Assembly: GCA_965214775.1 (NCBI GenBank)
Contig: OZ243974.1
Location: 1,440,001-1,504,000 of the forward strand
DNA from: Nitrosopumilus sp.
Lineage (GTDB): Archaea > Thermoproteota > Nitrososphaeria > Nitrososphaerales > Nitrosopumilaceae
Direction of reading: 5' to 3'
DNA: 64,000 bases
This document shows positions 31,142 to 41,767 of this stretch, piece after piece (the first letter of the stretch is position 1; every line of letters starts with the position of its first letter). The position numbers were made by a program, and so were the translations under genes. The notes beneath the pieces were generated by a model. That model was given only the letters and a program-made list of their open reading frames with translations, had not been told where the DNA came from and searched no databases.

Positions 31142-33238
31142 ATGTCAGAATCAGCCATCCTGTCTCCCAAATCCATCGCAGTAATCGGGGCTTCTGACAC
31201 GAGAGGAAGTGTGGGCGCAACAATCACGTCTAATATTATGAACGGCTTCAAGGGGGCAGTATACCCTATCAGTCCCACACGAGACAAGGTCTTTTACAAA
31301 AAGGCATACAAGAGCGTGCTGGCCGTTCCAAAACCAATTGATCTTGCAGTTATTGTGATCAAAAACACGTTGGTTGCACCGGTTTTAGATGAATGTGGAA
31401 AAAAGAAGATCAAGGGAGCCATCATCATTACTGCAGGTTTCAAGGAAGTCGATGAGGAAGGCGCAAAAAGAGAGCAGCAAGTAAAAGACATTGCCAAAAA
31501 ATATGGAATTCACGTTATCGGCCCTAACTGTCTGGGCGTGATGAATCTTGATCCAAAAACAATGATGAATTCAACATTTCTTAAAGTTACTCCAAAATCC
31601 GGAAAGATTGCCCTTGTCTCTCAAAGCGGGGCAATTTGCGCCGCTCTTGTAGAGGATGCCAGCGCACAGGGAATCGGCTTTTCTGCAGTTGTAAGCCTTG
31701 GGAACAAGGCTGCAATGAGCGAGGTTGACGTATTGAAAATCCTTGCAAAACACAGGCAAACCAGGGTTATTGTGATGTATCTTGAAGACATGGGCGATGG
31801 TCAGGAGTTTCTCAGAGTCTGTAAAAATATCACCAAAAAACTCAAAAAACCTGTCTTGGTTCTTAAATCCGGACGAAGTCCTGAAGGGGCAAAGGCTGCA
31901 ATGTCTCACACCGGTGCGCTAATGGGCTCTGACGAAATCTATGATGCGTTGCTAAGACAGTCTGGTGCAATCCGCGTTGATACGATGGAGGAACTGTTTG
32001 ATTATGCAACTGCCTTCTCCAAGCAACCACTGCCATCCAAAGGCGGGTTGGTAATAGTTTCTAATGCGGGAGGACCTGCAATCATTTCCACGGATGCCTG
32101 CTCTAAAATGAAGATAAAAATGGCCGACATTACAAGCATTAGAAAGAAAATCGATAAAGTGATTCCGCCATGGGGAAGCTCAAGAAATCCTGTAGACATA
32201 GTGGGTGATGCAGACTTCAACAGGTTCCACAACGTTCTGGATAGGGTTCTAAAACATCCCAAAGTCGGTTCAGTAATTACAATGTGTACTCCGTCAGGCA
32301 CTCTGAATTATGATCAACTGGCCAAGGTGGTCGTTGAAATGTCAAAGAAATACAAAAAGACAATGCTTGCCAGTTTGATGGGTCTTGATGAGGGAATTGC
32401 CAATAGGGAGATCCTGGCAAAGGGAGGCGTTCCATACTATACCTATGCAGAAGGTGCGATTAGGACCCTTGCAGCGATGATTAGGTTTTCTGACTGGATA
32501 GGATCCCCGACTGGAAAGACAACAAGATTCAAGGCAGACAAGGCTAAAGCACAAAAAATCTTTGATAAGGCAAAAAGTGAAAAACGACCAAACCTGCTTG
32601 AAGAGGAAGGCCAGGAGGTTCTCAAGGCATATGGACTGCCTTTGCCAAAAAGCACGATTGCAACTTCTGAAGCAAAAGCCGTCAAAGCCGCAAAAAAGAT
32701 TGGCTATCCGGTTGTGATGAAAATTGCATCTCCTCAGATTATTCACAAGTCTGATGCCGGCGGTGTAATGATAAATCTGACAAATGACGTCGAAGTTAAA
32801 GTAGCCTTTAAAACAATCCTCAAAAACGCAAAAAATTACAACAGCAAGGCCGAGATCAAAGGTGTTTTGATTGTCGAAATGGTAAAAGGCGGCAAGGAAC
32901 TCATCATTGGCTCGAAATTAGAGCCCGGATTTGGCCCTGTCATCATGCTGGGCATGGGAGGAATCTACGTTGAGGTCCTCAAAGATGTCACATTCAAGCT
33001 GGCACCTGTTACTGACAGAGAGGCAGATGACATGATTGCATCAATCAAAACCCAAAAGCTTCTAGAAGGTGTTAGAGGCGAAAAGCCGTCTGATACCGTA
33101 AAACTATCTGAATGCATTCAAAGACTGTCTCAACTAGTTGCCGACTTTAAGGACATCAAGGAATTGGACATGAACCCTGTCTTGGTAATGGAAAAGGGCA
33201 GGGGATGCAGAATTCTTGACGTCCGAATCGGCCTGTGA
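31142..33238 (+). CDS. ADP-forming acyl-CoA ligase, likely 4-hydroxybutyrate--CoA ligase of the thaumarchaeal 3HP/4HB cycle
   Basis: PKSIAVIGAS, GPNCLG, SQSGA, SHTGAL, HKSDAGGV; adjacent to the dehydratase. Confidence 0.9.
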   Translation: MSESAILSPKSIAVIGASDTRGSVGATITSNIMNGFKGAVYPISPTRDKVFYKKAYKSVLAVPKPIDLAVIVIKNTLVAPVLDECGKKKIKGAIIITAGFKEVDEEGAKREQQVKDIAKKYGIHVIGPNCLGVMNLDPKTMMNSTFLKVTPKSGKIALVSQSGAICAALVEDASAQGIGFSAVVSLGNKAAMSEVDVLKILAKHRQTRVIVMYLEDMGDGQEFLRVCKNITKKLKKPVLVLKSGRSPEGAKAAMSHTGALMGSDEIYDALLRQSGAIRVDTMEELFDYATAFSKQPLPSKGGLVIVSNAGGPAIISTDACSKMKIKMADITSIRKKIDKVIPPWGSSRNPVDIVGDADFNRFHNVLDRVLKHPKVGSVITMCTPSGTLNYDQLAKVVVEMSKKYKKTMLASLMGLDEGIANREILAKGGVPYYTYAEGAIRTLAAMIRFSDWIGSPTGKTTRFKADKAKAQKIFDKAKSEKRPNLLEEEGQEVLKAYGLPLPKSTIATSEAKAVKAAKKIGYPVVMKIASPQIIHKSDAGGVMINLTNDVEVKVAFKTILKNAKNYNSKAEIKGVLIVEMVKGGKELIIGSKLEPGFGPVIMLGMGGIYVEVLKDVTFKLAPVTDREADDMIASIKTQKLLEGVRGEKPSDTVKLSECIQRLSQLVADFKDIKELDMNPVLVMEKGRGCRILDVRIGL

Positions 33239-33414
33239 TCGCAAGTGCGGCATCAGATCCCCCGTAAAACCACTACCAGGCGTGAACAAGAAATTTGGAT
33301 GAATGTTTTACTCCTGGAAAGTTGAGGGCCTGGTACTGTACGATCGCAATTTATTCCTAGATATTGCCTTGCACCAATCTAGAATATTTATACAACATAC
33401 AGATGAATAGTTGT

Positions 33415-34941
33415 ATGGCTAATGTCTTGAAGACAATTAGAACGGGGGATGATTACATTGAAAGTCTTAGGGGCCGCCCTCTCAAAGTCTACCTGTTTGG
33501 CCAACTGGTCAAAGAGCCTGTAGACCATCCGATGATCAGACCGTCCATAAATGCAGTCGCAGAAACTTATGATTTGGCAGTTAGGGAAGAGGCGCTTGCC
33601 TCTGCAGATTCGTCCATTACTGGTCTTAGGGTGAATCGGTTTTTGCATATTGCAGAAAGTGCCGAGGATCTGGTTTTACAAAACAAGATGCAAAGAAAAC
33701 TGGGACAAAATACCGGCACATGTTTTCAGCGCTGCGTTGGCATGGACGCAATAAATGCTTTACATTCGACAACTTTTGAAATTGACGAAAAACATGGCAC
33801 AGATTATCATAAAAGATTTTTAGAATTTGTAAAAATGGTTCAGAAAGAAAATCTCGTAATCGGAGGCGCTATGACTGATCCAAAAGGAGACAGAGGCAAG
33901 GGGCCTGCCGAACAGGATGATCCTGATCTGTTTACCCGGGTTGTAGATTCTGATGAAAAGGGCGTCTATGTCTCTGGGGCCAAAGCTCATCAGACAGGAT
34001 GCATTAACTCACACTGGATCATCTTGATGCCTACAGTCAGATTGACTGAAAATGACAAAGACTGGGCAATCGTTGGAGCAATTCCGGCAGACACCAATGG
34101 CGTAACTTACATCTATGGCAGACAGTCTTGTGATACGCGAAGCATGGAGGAAGGTGATATTGATGCCGGAAACGCAAAATATGGAGGGCAGGAAGCGTTG
34201 ATCATCTTAGACAGGGTGTTTATTCCGTGGGAGAGGGTCTTCATGCACGGCGAGTATGAATTTGCATCAATGCTAATAGAGAGATTCACCTGCTATCACA
34301 GACGAAGTTACGTATGCAAAACAGGCCTTGGTGATGTACTCATCGGTGCAGCGGCAACTATTGCCGATTATAATGGCGTGCCAAAAGTCTCACACATCAA
34401 GGATAAAATCATTGAGATGACCCATCTTAATGAGACAATTTTTGCTGCAGGCATTGCATCGTCTTATCAGGGCCAGCAGATGAAATCCGGCGTTTTCCTT
34501 AACGATGATATGCTGGCACAAGTCTGCAAGCATAACGTAACACGATTCCCGTATGAAATTAGCAGGCTTGCCCAGGATATTGCAGGGGGTTTGGTCGTTA
34601 CGTTGCCATCTGAAAAGGACTTTAGACATCCCGAAACAGGCCCGCTTTTAAAAAAATATCTGGCTGGAAGAAAAGGCGCTGATGTAGAAAACAGAATGAG
34701 AATTCTTAGGCTGATAGAAAACATGACGTTGGGCAGAAATGCCGTAGGCTATCTTACCGAATCCATGCACGGGGCAGGCTCTCCACAAGCACAAAGAATT
34801 CAAATTCAGCGACAGATGCAGGTGGGATACAAAAAGAACCTTGCAAAGAACCTTGCGGGAATCACAAACGATGTTGAGGAGCCTGCAGAATCATCTGAAT
34901 ACTTTAAGCGCGTATTCAAAACAAAAGACTCTGTCCTATGA
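33415..34941 (+). CDS. abfD: 4-hydroxybutyryl-CoA dehydratase
   Basis: TGTCFQRCVGMD, GAMTDPKGDR, GAKAHQTG, ESMHGAGSPQAQ. Confidence 0.95.
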   Translation: MANVLKTIRTGDDYIESLRGRPLKVYLFGQLVKEPVDHPMIRPSINAVAETYDLAVREEALASADSSITGLRVNRFLHIAESAEDLVLQNKMQRKLGQNTGTCFQRCVGMDAINALHSTTFEIDEKHGTDYHKRFLEFVKMVQKENLVIGGAMTDPKGDRGKGPAEQDDPDLFTRVVDSDEKGVYVSGAKAHQTGCINSHWIILMPTVRLTENDKDWAIVGAIPADTNGVTYIYGRQSCDTRSMEEGDIDAGNAKYGGQEALIILDRVFIPWERVFMHGEYEFASMLIERFTCYHRRSYVCKTGLGDVLIGAAATIADYNGVPKVSHIKDKIIEMTHLNETIFAAGIASSYQGQQMKSGVFLNDDMLAQVCKHNVTRFPYEISRLAQDIAGGLVVTLPSEKDFRHPETGPLLKKYLAGRKGADVENRMRILRLIENMTLGRNAVGYLTESMHGAGSPQAQRIQIQRQMQVGYKKNLAKNLAGITNDVEEPAESSEYFKRVFKTKDSVL

Positions 34942-34981
34942 CATCACACTTTGAGCAGATCCATTGACGGGAAGTTTTTCT

Positions 34982-35582
34982 GTGGCTGATCGGGTTCTGG
35001 AGGCCGTTTCTGACTTTAGGCACGAACTCTGACCGGCATTCATTAGACTTTATGCGTAATCGATCCAAAACTAGGATTATTACGAACAAATTCATCTCAT
35101 TCAGATCGATTACGCATAAAGTCTATTAGTAGAAAATTCATGTCTGAACCTCCAGAACCCGGCCTGTTATAGCAACGGGCAGAAGTCTTTGAGTCAAAGT
35201 AGGCCATAACTACACGTAAAAAACCTCAATTATTTCTGCTCGTTGCTATACCTGTAGTACATCATCAAAAGATGGACCGTAATCTTGGCATATCGTGCAT
35301 ATTTTTATAAAAAAATGTCCAGTTCAACTGTGCGCACTGGCAGTCTGTGGGAAATTTTTTGGACAACCCCCAGCTAAGTGAAAGTATGAGGTCACGTCCC
35401 CTTACTGGCTAGGCGTGGAAATCATAATTGTGCATACCAATTCGTGCTTGATTGGTGGGGATAGGTGACCACATACAAGTGAAATGTAAATGAGATTTGT
35501 TGTTTTGTCCTGATATTGAGGCATCGTGTCTCCTACCCAGTTTCTGTTTTTACTCGATTTTTTAGTACTTTTCACTTAGCTG
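34982..35582. mobile_element. MITE cluster: B (34982-35251) containing A (35046-35123) and I (35170-35248); M (35255-35339); G end; E (35371-35582) containing D (35384-35476)
   Basis: TIRs match other copies in window; duplications TA, TA and AAGTGAAA. Confidence 0.88.
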
Positions 35583-35584
35583 TA

Positions 35585-35636
35585 TATGCAAAAATGCATA
35601 TATATGCAAAATTGCATATGTATGCAAGAATGAACA
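35585..35636. promoter_or_regulatory. Three tandem palindromes TATGCA-N4-TGCATA at 18-bp period, putative operator array
   Basis: 35585-35600, 35603-35618 and degenerate 35621-35636 overlapping the ATG at 35630. Confidence 0.55.
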
Positions 35637-36859
35637 GTGCACGACAGGACATTCCGTTTGTTGTAGGCAAGCCGGTTACCGGCAAGTATTTCATCGACAG
35701 GAAGGAGGAATTAAAAAAGATCACCGCGCTACTGTCTGGAAACGCAATAAACAACATTGCGTTGCTGGCGCAAAGACGAACCGGCAAGTCCTCAGTCCTC
35801 TATAACCTAAAGGAGAAAGACACGGGGAAGATCCATGTCCTGTTCGATGCCTACGGCATATCCACAAAGGAGAGGTTTGCAAAAGCATACATCAACTCCG
35901 TCCGGCATTGCTATACAGAGAATACCGGAGACAAGGCATACAATAAAAGAATCAGGGAATCGCTTGTTGAGGGCGCAAACGTACTGACAAGCAAAATAAG
36001 CGATGTCGGAATATCCGTATTTGAATTTGTAAAATTTCAGGTGACAGTTAACAAAAAAGAGGCAGATCCTGATGAACTGCTGGAAAACGCGCTGAACTAT
36101 GCAGAGACGCTTGCAAAAGAGAAGGGCGTTTTGCTGGTAATCATGATTGATGAATTTCAGGAGCTGTTAAAATGGGGAGACGGCTTTTTAAGAACGTTCA
36201 GGAAGATCATGCAGTCCCAACAGAAGGTGTGTTATGTTTTGTCTGGTTCGGCACCCACCACAATGCGCAGGCTGGTGTATGATTCAAAATCTCCTCTATA
36301 CAGACAGTTGATGGATATACGATTAGACAGACTGCCAAAAAGGGATGTGATTGCGTTTGTCAAAAGGAGGCTTGCCGCAGCAAATATGGGGGCAGATAGC
36401 GGCGCGGCGGAATACATTTTTGAACTAAGCCGCGGATATGCGGACTATGTACAGAGAATTGGAATGCATGTCTTTTGGATGTGCTTGGGCAGTAATAAAA
36501 GACTGGTTACAAGACACGATGTGGATGATGCATACGAGGACATGCTGGTTCGACTAGATGCCGATTTTGGTGCAGGTTTTTCACGGCATACGGATCTTGA
36601 AAAGGAGATACTGTTTGCATTGGCTGCAGGCAAGGCGTCGATATCTGCGATGGCCCTAGAAATCAGGACATCTCAAAGCACAATACCAAAAACCCTAAAC
36701 AGGCTGATAGCATCAGACATTGTTGAGAGGTACCGGCATGGCAAATACCGCATTACCGATGGTGTCTTTTCAGACTGGATCTACAAACAGACGCATGCAC
36801 GGGTCACACGAAGTTTCAGATCTTCATACACAACAGAGTCCGATCATAACCCGCAATAG
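35630..36859 (+). CDS. Archaeal-type P-loop ATPase with C-terminal winged helix
   Basis: FIDRKEEL, AQRRTGKS, IMIDEFQ, LSGS, SPLY; C-terminal HTH-like region. Confidence 0.88.
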   Translation: MNSARQDIPFVVGKPVTGKYFIDRKEELKKITALLSGNAINNIALLAQRRTGKSSVLYNLKEKDTGKIHVLFDAYGISTKERFAKAYINSVRHCYTENTGDKAYNKRIRESLVEGANVLTSKISDVGISVFEFVKFQVTVNKKEADPDELLENALNYAETLAKEKGVLLVIMIDEFQELLKWGDGFLRTFRKIMQSQQKVCYVLSGSAPTTMRRLVYDSKSPLYRQLMDIRLDRLPKRDVIAFVKRRLAAANMGADSGAAEYIFELSRGYADYVQRIGMHVFWMCLGSNKRLVTRHDVDDAYEDMLVRLDADFGAGFSRHTDLEKEILFALAAGKASISAMALEIRTSQSTIPKTLNRLIASDIVERYRHGKYRITDGVFSDWIYKQTHARVTRSFRSSYTTESDHNPQ

Positions 36860-37060
36860 GAAATCCAACAGGAGGATGCGCGAGACCGACATACTGACGA
36901 TCTGGAGCGGGCCCATGAGACAGAAGTTGTTGGTATTACATACTGTTACTGGAATTATTGCGCAATTCGTCAAAATGCTTGAAGATCCCACATGCCGCAC
37001 TCACATTGGGCGTGAGACATAGTGAAAAGCATAAGGGCTTCAAACCAAGTATGTCAAACC

Positions 37061-37191
37061 GGGGTTGTCGCCTAATTCCACCTGCCTGACTCAATCTGCA
37101 CATTCTTCTGAACTTCCACCCAACTTACATGTCTGATCCAGATAACACATCATGGTTTTTCAGGAATTCTGATGAATCAGGCGGCAATCCT
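37061..37191. mobile_element. MITE family F, diverged copy
   Basis: GGGGTTGTCGCCTAATTCCACCTGCCTGACTCAATCTG matches 26637-26857 minus the H insert. Confidence 0.75.
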
Positions 37192-37347
37192 GTCCCTATT
37201 GCCAGCAGACTAGCGGATCATAGTTTGTTGCATAACTCGATTTTTTTACTCGAATTCGTCCCAAACGACAAATCCAGATAAAAACCACAGTTGATTTCGG
37301 ATCTATCTGTGATCGAAATCAGGAGTTTTTTGACGAAAAAAGAAGTT

Positions 37348-37536
37348 ATGCAACAAACTAGCGGATCAGCCACTCTTAAAAGCAGAGAAATCACAATACA
37401 AGACATGTCTAAGACAGAACAGGTCGACGATTTGACCTCGGAGGAAATCAACGCCATCGACGAGTTCTATGCAAGCGACGATGGCAAGATGACATTCAAA
37501 ACTACCGCGGAATTCATAAAGTGGCTCAATGAGTGA
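37348..37536 (+). CDS. Putative antitoxin
   Basis: Short acidic ORF (LTSEEINAIDE..F.T..EFIKWL) overlapping the toxin start. Confidence 0.65.
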   Translation: MQQTSGSATLKSREITIQDMSKTEQVDDLTSEEINAIDEFYASDDGKMTFKTTAEFIKWLNE

Positions 37537-37926
37537 AACTGAAGCCCGACGGCAGATCACGTCACAAGCAGTATTCAGAAAACAATACAAAAACCTGGAT
37601 GTGCAGATCAAGCAGAGGGTAGATCATGCGATTGAAGAGCTGAAGAATTCTGACAACCCAGCAGTGTTGGGAAGATGGAAGAAGCATAAGCGGGTGTTTG
37701 CATACAATGTAGGAAAGTACAGTAACAGGTCGGGCTCTGGAAGCTGTTTCTGATTTTAGGCACAAATTCTGTTTGAACAGTCCTTTTTGGTGGCAAAATT
37801 CATGCCTGAGCTTCCAGAGCCCGACCTGTTACAAAGTACAGGATAACATACAGTATTGACTGGGACAATGACACGATAGAATTCCTCTATGTAGGCGATC
37901 ACAAGTCAGTATACCACAGGGACTAG
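37529..37926 (+). pseudogene. RelE/ParE-family toxin disrupted by MITE family B
   Basis: Removing MITE plus 8-bp duplication gives 92 aa ending VGKYRITYSIDWDNDTIEFLYVGDHKSVYHRD. Confidence 0.88.
37722..37832. mobile_element. MITE family B (111 bp; GTAA ends and 8-bp duplication, IS66-like)
   Basis: Perfect 22-bp TIR GTAACAGGTCGGGCTCTGGAAG; AAAGTACA on both flanks. Confidence 0.95.
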
Positions 37927-38143
37927 ACAGCATGCCCACTATGCAAGTTACAACAGAAGGTATGGCCCAGACGGGGACGGCCGGCGACCAAGTTCTGTGG
38001 GGAACAACGGTGGTTGTTTCCTAATTAGGCAATTTGATCTAATTTTCCAAATTCTCCAATATCTTGATCAGAATGGCCTTGGTTCTCTAACGACAGACCA
38101 CAAGAGGCGTGATGGGTACCGGACGTACTGCCATGCTAATATA

Positions 38144-38457
38144 TGATTCAAAATTAGAAACCGTATGAACTTCAAGCGATTTCGCAGACAATCTGTATTT
38201 TGTTGATGCTTTGAGAGATGTTTTGTGCGAATTCGCTGACAAACAATCAGAATTTGCTAATTTCGAATCAGTTCTCTGGGTAATGATATCCTATAGATCC
38301 GGCAGGTCACAAAAAATTAACTAGGCAGAGAGATGATCCGAAATTAGAAACCGTACGAATTTTTCAAGTAATTTCACAGATACTTGCGTTTTGTTGGCGT
38401 TTTATGCAAATTCGTTCACAAACAATCAGAGTCTGTTAATTTCGAATCAACTCTCTG
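38144..38457. mobile_element. Two MITE family L copies (38144-38278, 38326-38457)
   Basis: Alignable to 25876-26016. Confidence 0.85.
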
Positions 38458-38471
38458 GAGACTGGCAAAAA

Positions 38472-39212
38472 TTATTCTTTATTCCCTTCTTTGCTGTCTT
38501 TTTCAGACTCTCTGTTAAACTCGTCTTCTTGGACTTCTGATTCCACTGATTTTTCAATATCCTCCAGGACATCAGAATTTTCTTTGGCCTCCGAGTATTC
38601 AGAATCCATCTCCATCTCGTTTAAATCTGACAATTCCTCTCTTGCTTCTTCTAAGGGCCCATCTGGCGTTTCAGACTCTGTCTTTGGCAAAAACGGATCA
38701 TCTGTCTCTTTCTTCTTTCTCTTAATCATGTGCTTTGCAATCATGATCCCAATTATGACTGCAATTATCACATAGTTGATGGGAGGTTTCACTAACTGAG
38801 TCACATATCCGACCTGTGGAATTGTATATACTACTTTTCCTATGTACTCTTTGACAGTAATTGGAAAATCGGTTCCTGGAATTGAAGCAGGATTGGCATC
38901 ACCCTTTGTTCTTAGTGTCCTCGGATCATCATCCACTATTGAGGCCACTCTGTGCACAATAACTCGATTATGATCAGACGGTCTGTTAAAGACGATAATG
39001 TCGCCTACTTTGATCTCTTCAAACGGCTCATGACCTTGAACGATTAGCACATCATAAACTTCCAAAACAGGAATCATGCTTCCGCTTGCAACTACGTAAA
39101 ATGGATTTTGTGTTCCAAATGCAACCTGTAATCCGATCCAAATTGCTAGAGCGCCAATTATTACGATTATGATGTCCTTGATGACTTGTTTCGAGATGGA
39201 CTTTTTTGTCAA
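38472..39212 (-). CDS. Signal peptidase I (archaeal S26) with acidic tail
   Basis: VASGSMIP, GDIIVF, IVHRV, TKGDAN. Confidence 0.92.
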   Translation of the reverse strand: MTKKSISKQVIKDIIIVIIGALAIWIGLQVAFGTQNPFYVVASGSMIPVLEVYDVLIVQGHEPFEEIKVGDIIVFNRPSDHNRVIVHRVASIVDDDPRTLRTKGDANPASIPGTDFPITVKEYIGKVVYTIPQVGYVTQLVKPPINYVIIAVIIGIMIAKHMIKRKKKETDDPFLPKTESETPDGPLEEAREELSDLNEMEMDSEYSEAKENSDVLEDIEKSVESEVQEDEFNRESEKDSKEGNKE

Positions 39213-39246
39213 AATTTTTACCCTTGTATCCTTGATTAAATTAGAT

Positions 39247-39993
39247 TTAGAGCCTGGTTCCGCATTCTTCACAGAACTTTGAGCCTTCCTTATTAAAAAA
39301 GCCGCACTCTGGACATTTTCCCGGCTCATCTGTTTGAATAGTTTCACTTGGATTTCCTAATAGAACAACTTCCCCTATTTTTCTGATGCTGGACCAAGGA
39401 ATGCTCCCGTCAGTTCCGTCATTTTTCGTAATTACCAACACCATTGATTGTGCAGAATCAATTCCAACCTGTTTTGCAATTCCAACCTTGTTTGCATTTT
39501 CGTCATAAACTGTTCTGCCTTCAATAGAACTAACTGATGTTGCAGAGCTTGGCCGTGTTGCTGTCTCCTGAGGCGTTTCTGGTATCGGTTCGGGCCGTGG
39601 TGCTGCTTTAGCAACAGTGGAATCTTGAACAGACGGATCTAATGGTTTTGCATTTCCGACCTCACCTGCCTCGTCTTGTTTTTTGAATTCCCTGTATTCT
39701 GCGATTGTTCCGTTACAAGACTCGCAAACGTATTGTCCTTTTTCAACTAGAACTAGGTTCTCTGCAACCTCTTCATTTGGGTTTTCAAATTCAATTTTTG
39801 GAGCGCCCTCAAACTCCTTTTCACATATGTTGCAAAAATGCTTGCTAATGTTTTCGGACTCTAGCCTGCCAATTGGTGCTAAAAACAGATCAGGACCTCC
39901 CAAGTTTCCTTTCGTTTGCTGTTCATCAGAAACCTTGGCCATAACATAGCCCCCAGAACCTCTAAGTTTTTTTAATCTAAGTTCTGTGCTCAT
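39247..39993 (-). CDS. Zinc-ribbon / PRC-barrel-like protein
   Basis: CNIC, CESC, C-terminal CPECG..FCEECG; IEGRTVYD..VG..IPWSSI. Confidence 0.8.
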   Translation of the reverse strand: MSTELRLKKLRGSGGYVMAKVSDEQQTKGNLGGPDLFLAPIGRLESENISKHFCNICEKEFEGAPKIEFENPNEEVAENLVLVEKGQYVCESCNGTIAEYREFKKQDEAGEVGNAKPLDPSVQDSTVAKAAPRPEPIPETPQETATRPSSATSVSSIEGRTVYDENANKVGIAKQVGIDSAQSMVLVITKNDGTDGSIPWSSIRKIGEVVLLGNPSETIQTDEPGKCPECGFFNKEGSKFCEECGTRL

Positions 39994-40110
39994 ATCTGGG
40001 ATTTACCAAAACGTCATTTAAGTATATGTCAAATCCTAGTCTCCAACAAAAAATACGGTGTAATTCTGGTGAACGTTTTTAGGTAGTATCGTGAGTAGAT
40101 TGTCAATAGA

Positions 40111-40437
40111 ATGGCAGTTACACATGTTTCAGATGCGAAATCCTGGGAAGTTGATGTCGTAAATTCCGACGTTCCGGTTTTTGTAGACTTTTGGGCCGAA
40201 TGGTGCGGTCCATGCAGAATGGTGGGCCCGGTCGTAGAAGAACTGGCAGCTGACTATGATGGCAAAGTGAAATTTGTCAAGGTCAACGTTGATGAAGCCA
40301 ACGAATTGGCATCAAAATACAACGTATTTAGCATTCCGACCTTAATCCTCCTAAACAAGGGTGAGATTGTCAGCCAACAAGTCGGTGCTGCATCCAAAGA
40401 ATCATACAAAAATATGATTGACAGAGCGCTTGCTTGA
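40111..40437 (+). CDS. trxA: Thioredoxin
   Basis: DFWAEWCGPC. Confidence 0.95.
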   Translation: MAVTHVSDAKSWEVDVVNSDVPVFVDFWAEWCGPCRMVGPVVEELAADYDGKVKFVKVNVDEANELASKYNVFSIPTLILLNKGEIVSQQVGAASKESYKNMIDRALA

Positions 40438-40501
40438 ACACACACGTTTTTCTTCTTTTTTGATCCTAAAGTAATTAATATTCCAAGAATCGAATCAGAT
40501 C

Positions 40502-41044
40502 ATGTCATTTGGCGAAGTAGACACCCTCAACATGTTATTTGACAAGCTCCAAAGTCTGTTTGATGAATCTCAGGGATATTATGAATCATTTTTAGATACT
40601 AACAACATGTACAAGCAAGGCAAGTTAAGTGACAAAGAATTTTTCCAAAAATTAGGCGATTATACCGTTGCATATTCTGCATTAGAGTTTCTAGCTATCA
40701 AAGTAATTTTCGAAATGAGAAAGTCCTTAAACTCTGGTTCGGGAAATACGCGATCCCCTGGACTGATGCAGGGAATGGGACAGCCTGGAATGATGGCTGC
40801 CGGAGGGATGCCCGGAGGAATGCCGCCTAGAACTGGTACTGCACAAAATCCTGTTGGTGGAGGACCTCCAGGAATTGTATCTGCACAAGAAGCTTTTGGC
40901 GATGTTGGAACACTGCCCTCGCCTGATCCGGCATTAATGCCAAGAAGAGAGGCTACTCGGCCTAGTGGAAATGCCTGTTCTGCATGTGGCGCAGAATTGA
41001 GACCTAATGCTAAATTCTGTACTAAATGTGGAAAGAAAGTTTAA
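40502..41044 (+). CDS. Zinc-ribbon domain protein
   Basis: C-terminal CSACG..KFCTKCG. Confidence 0.8.
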   Translation: MSFGEVDTLNMLFDKLQSLFDESQGYYESFLDTNNMYKQGKLSDKEFFQKLGDYTVAYSALEFLAIKVIFEMRKSLNSGSGNTRSPGLMQGMGQPGMMAAGGMPGGMPPRTGTAQNPVGGGPPGIVSAQEAFGDVGTLPSPDPALMPRREATRPSGNACSACGAELRPNAKFCTKCGKKV

Positions 41045-41058
41045 AACTAAAAGTAAAA

Positions 41059-41418
41059 TTAATCTGCTATAGTGCCGCATTCAGGACAGAACTTTGCTGT
41101 TGCTGAAAGGCTTGCACCGCACTCACCGCAGAATTTTCCATCGTTTGACTCTTCTTTAACGGCATTTCCATATGTTGCAGAACTCAGGACTGCTCCTGAC
41201 GGTTCATACTTGTCATCATCAATTAGTACCGGTTCAAAGTCCTGATCTGTCATAAAGGTCATCATTCTTGGAATTCCTTTTCCCTCGTTTTCCGGATCTG
41301 GAACGGAGTCTCCCAACCAAAAAGCAAATCTCATTAAAGTTAATTCCGGGGTTGAGAATGCCAAAGTATGCTTTGACATGTATTCCTGTGCAGCTTTTTT
41401 GCCATCAAACACTTCCAT
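41059..41418 (-). CDS. Zinc-ribbon domain protein
   Basis: FCGECG..KFCPECG. Confidence 0.8.
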   Translation of the reverse strand: MEVFDGKKAAQEYMSKHTLAFSTPELTLMRFAFWLGDSVPDPENEGKGIPRMMTFMTDQDFEPVLIDDDKYEPSGAVLSSATYGNAVKEESNDGKFCGECGASLSATAKFCPECGTIAD

Positions 41419-41467
41419 GAAGATGATGATCCTTGTTTGTGTATAATAGTTTATGGAGGTATCTAAT

Positions 41468-41558
41468 GTAAGAGTTTACCCCCAAGGCGGCACTGCTGGC
41501 CGGAGCCTTCGTGATCATGCCTGCTGTGCCGTATCTCATGGAAGGGGTAAACTCTTAC
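41468..41558. mobile_element. MITE family N
   Basis: GTAAGAGTTTACCCC...GGGGTAAACTCTTAC. Confidence 0.9.
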
Positions 41559-41649
41559 GAGATGGATGATGAATTTGAAAAAAAATTTGAAGGCTGGCAA
41601 TGTTCGTTGATGATGTATAATTCATGCTAACTTTCTAAATAAATTCAGG

Positions 41650-41721
41650 TGGACCGGGAGGGAATCGAACCCTCGACATCCTCGTTGCGAACGAGGCATT
41701 ATGCCACTAAACCACCGGCCC
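41650..41721 (-). tRNA. tRNA-Ala(CGC)
   Basis: Cloverleaf; anticodon arm CCTCG-TTCGCAA-CGAGG; G3:U70 pair. Confidence 0.95.
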
Positions 41722-41767
41722 GTCATTTCTATCTGCAAGTTGTACTTTTATTCATTTTCTCAACGAT

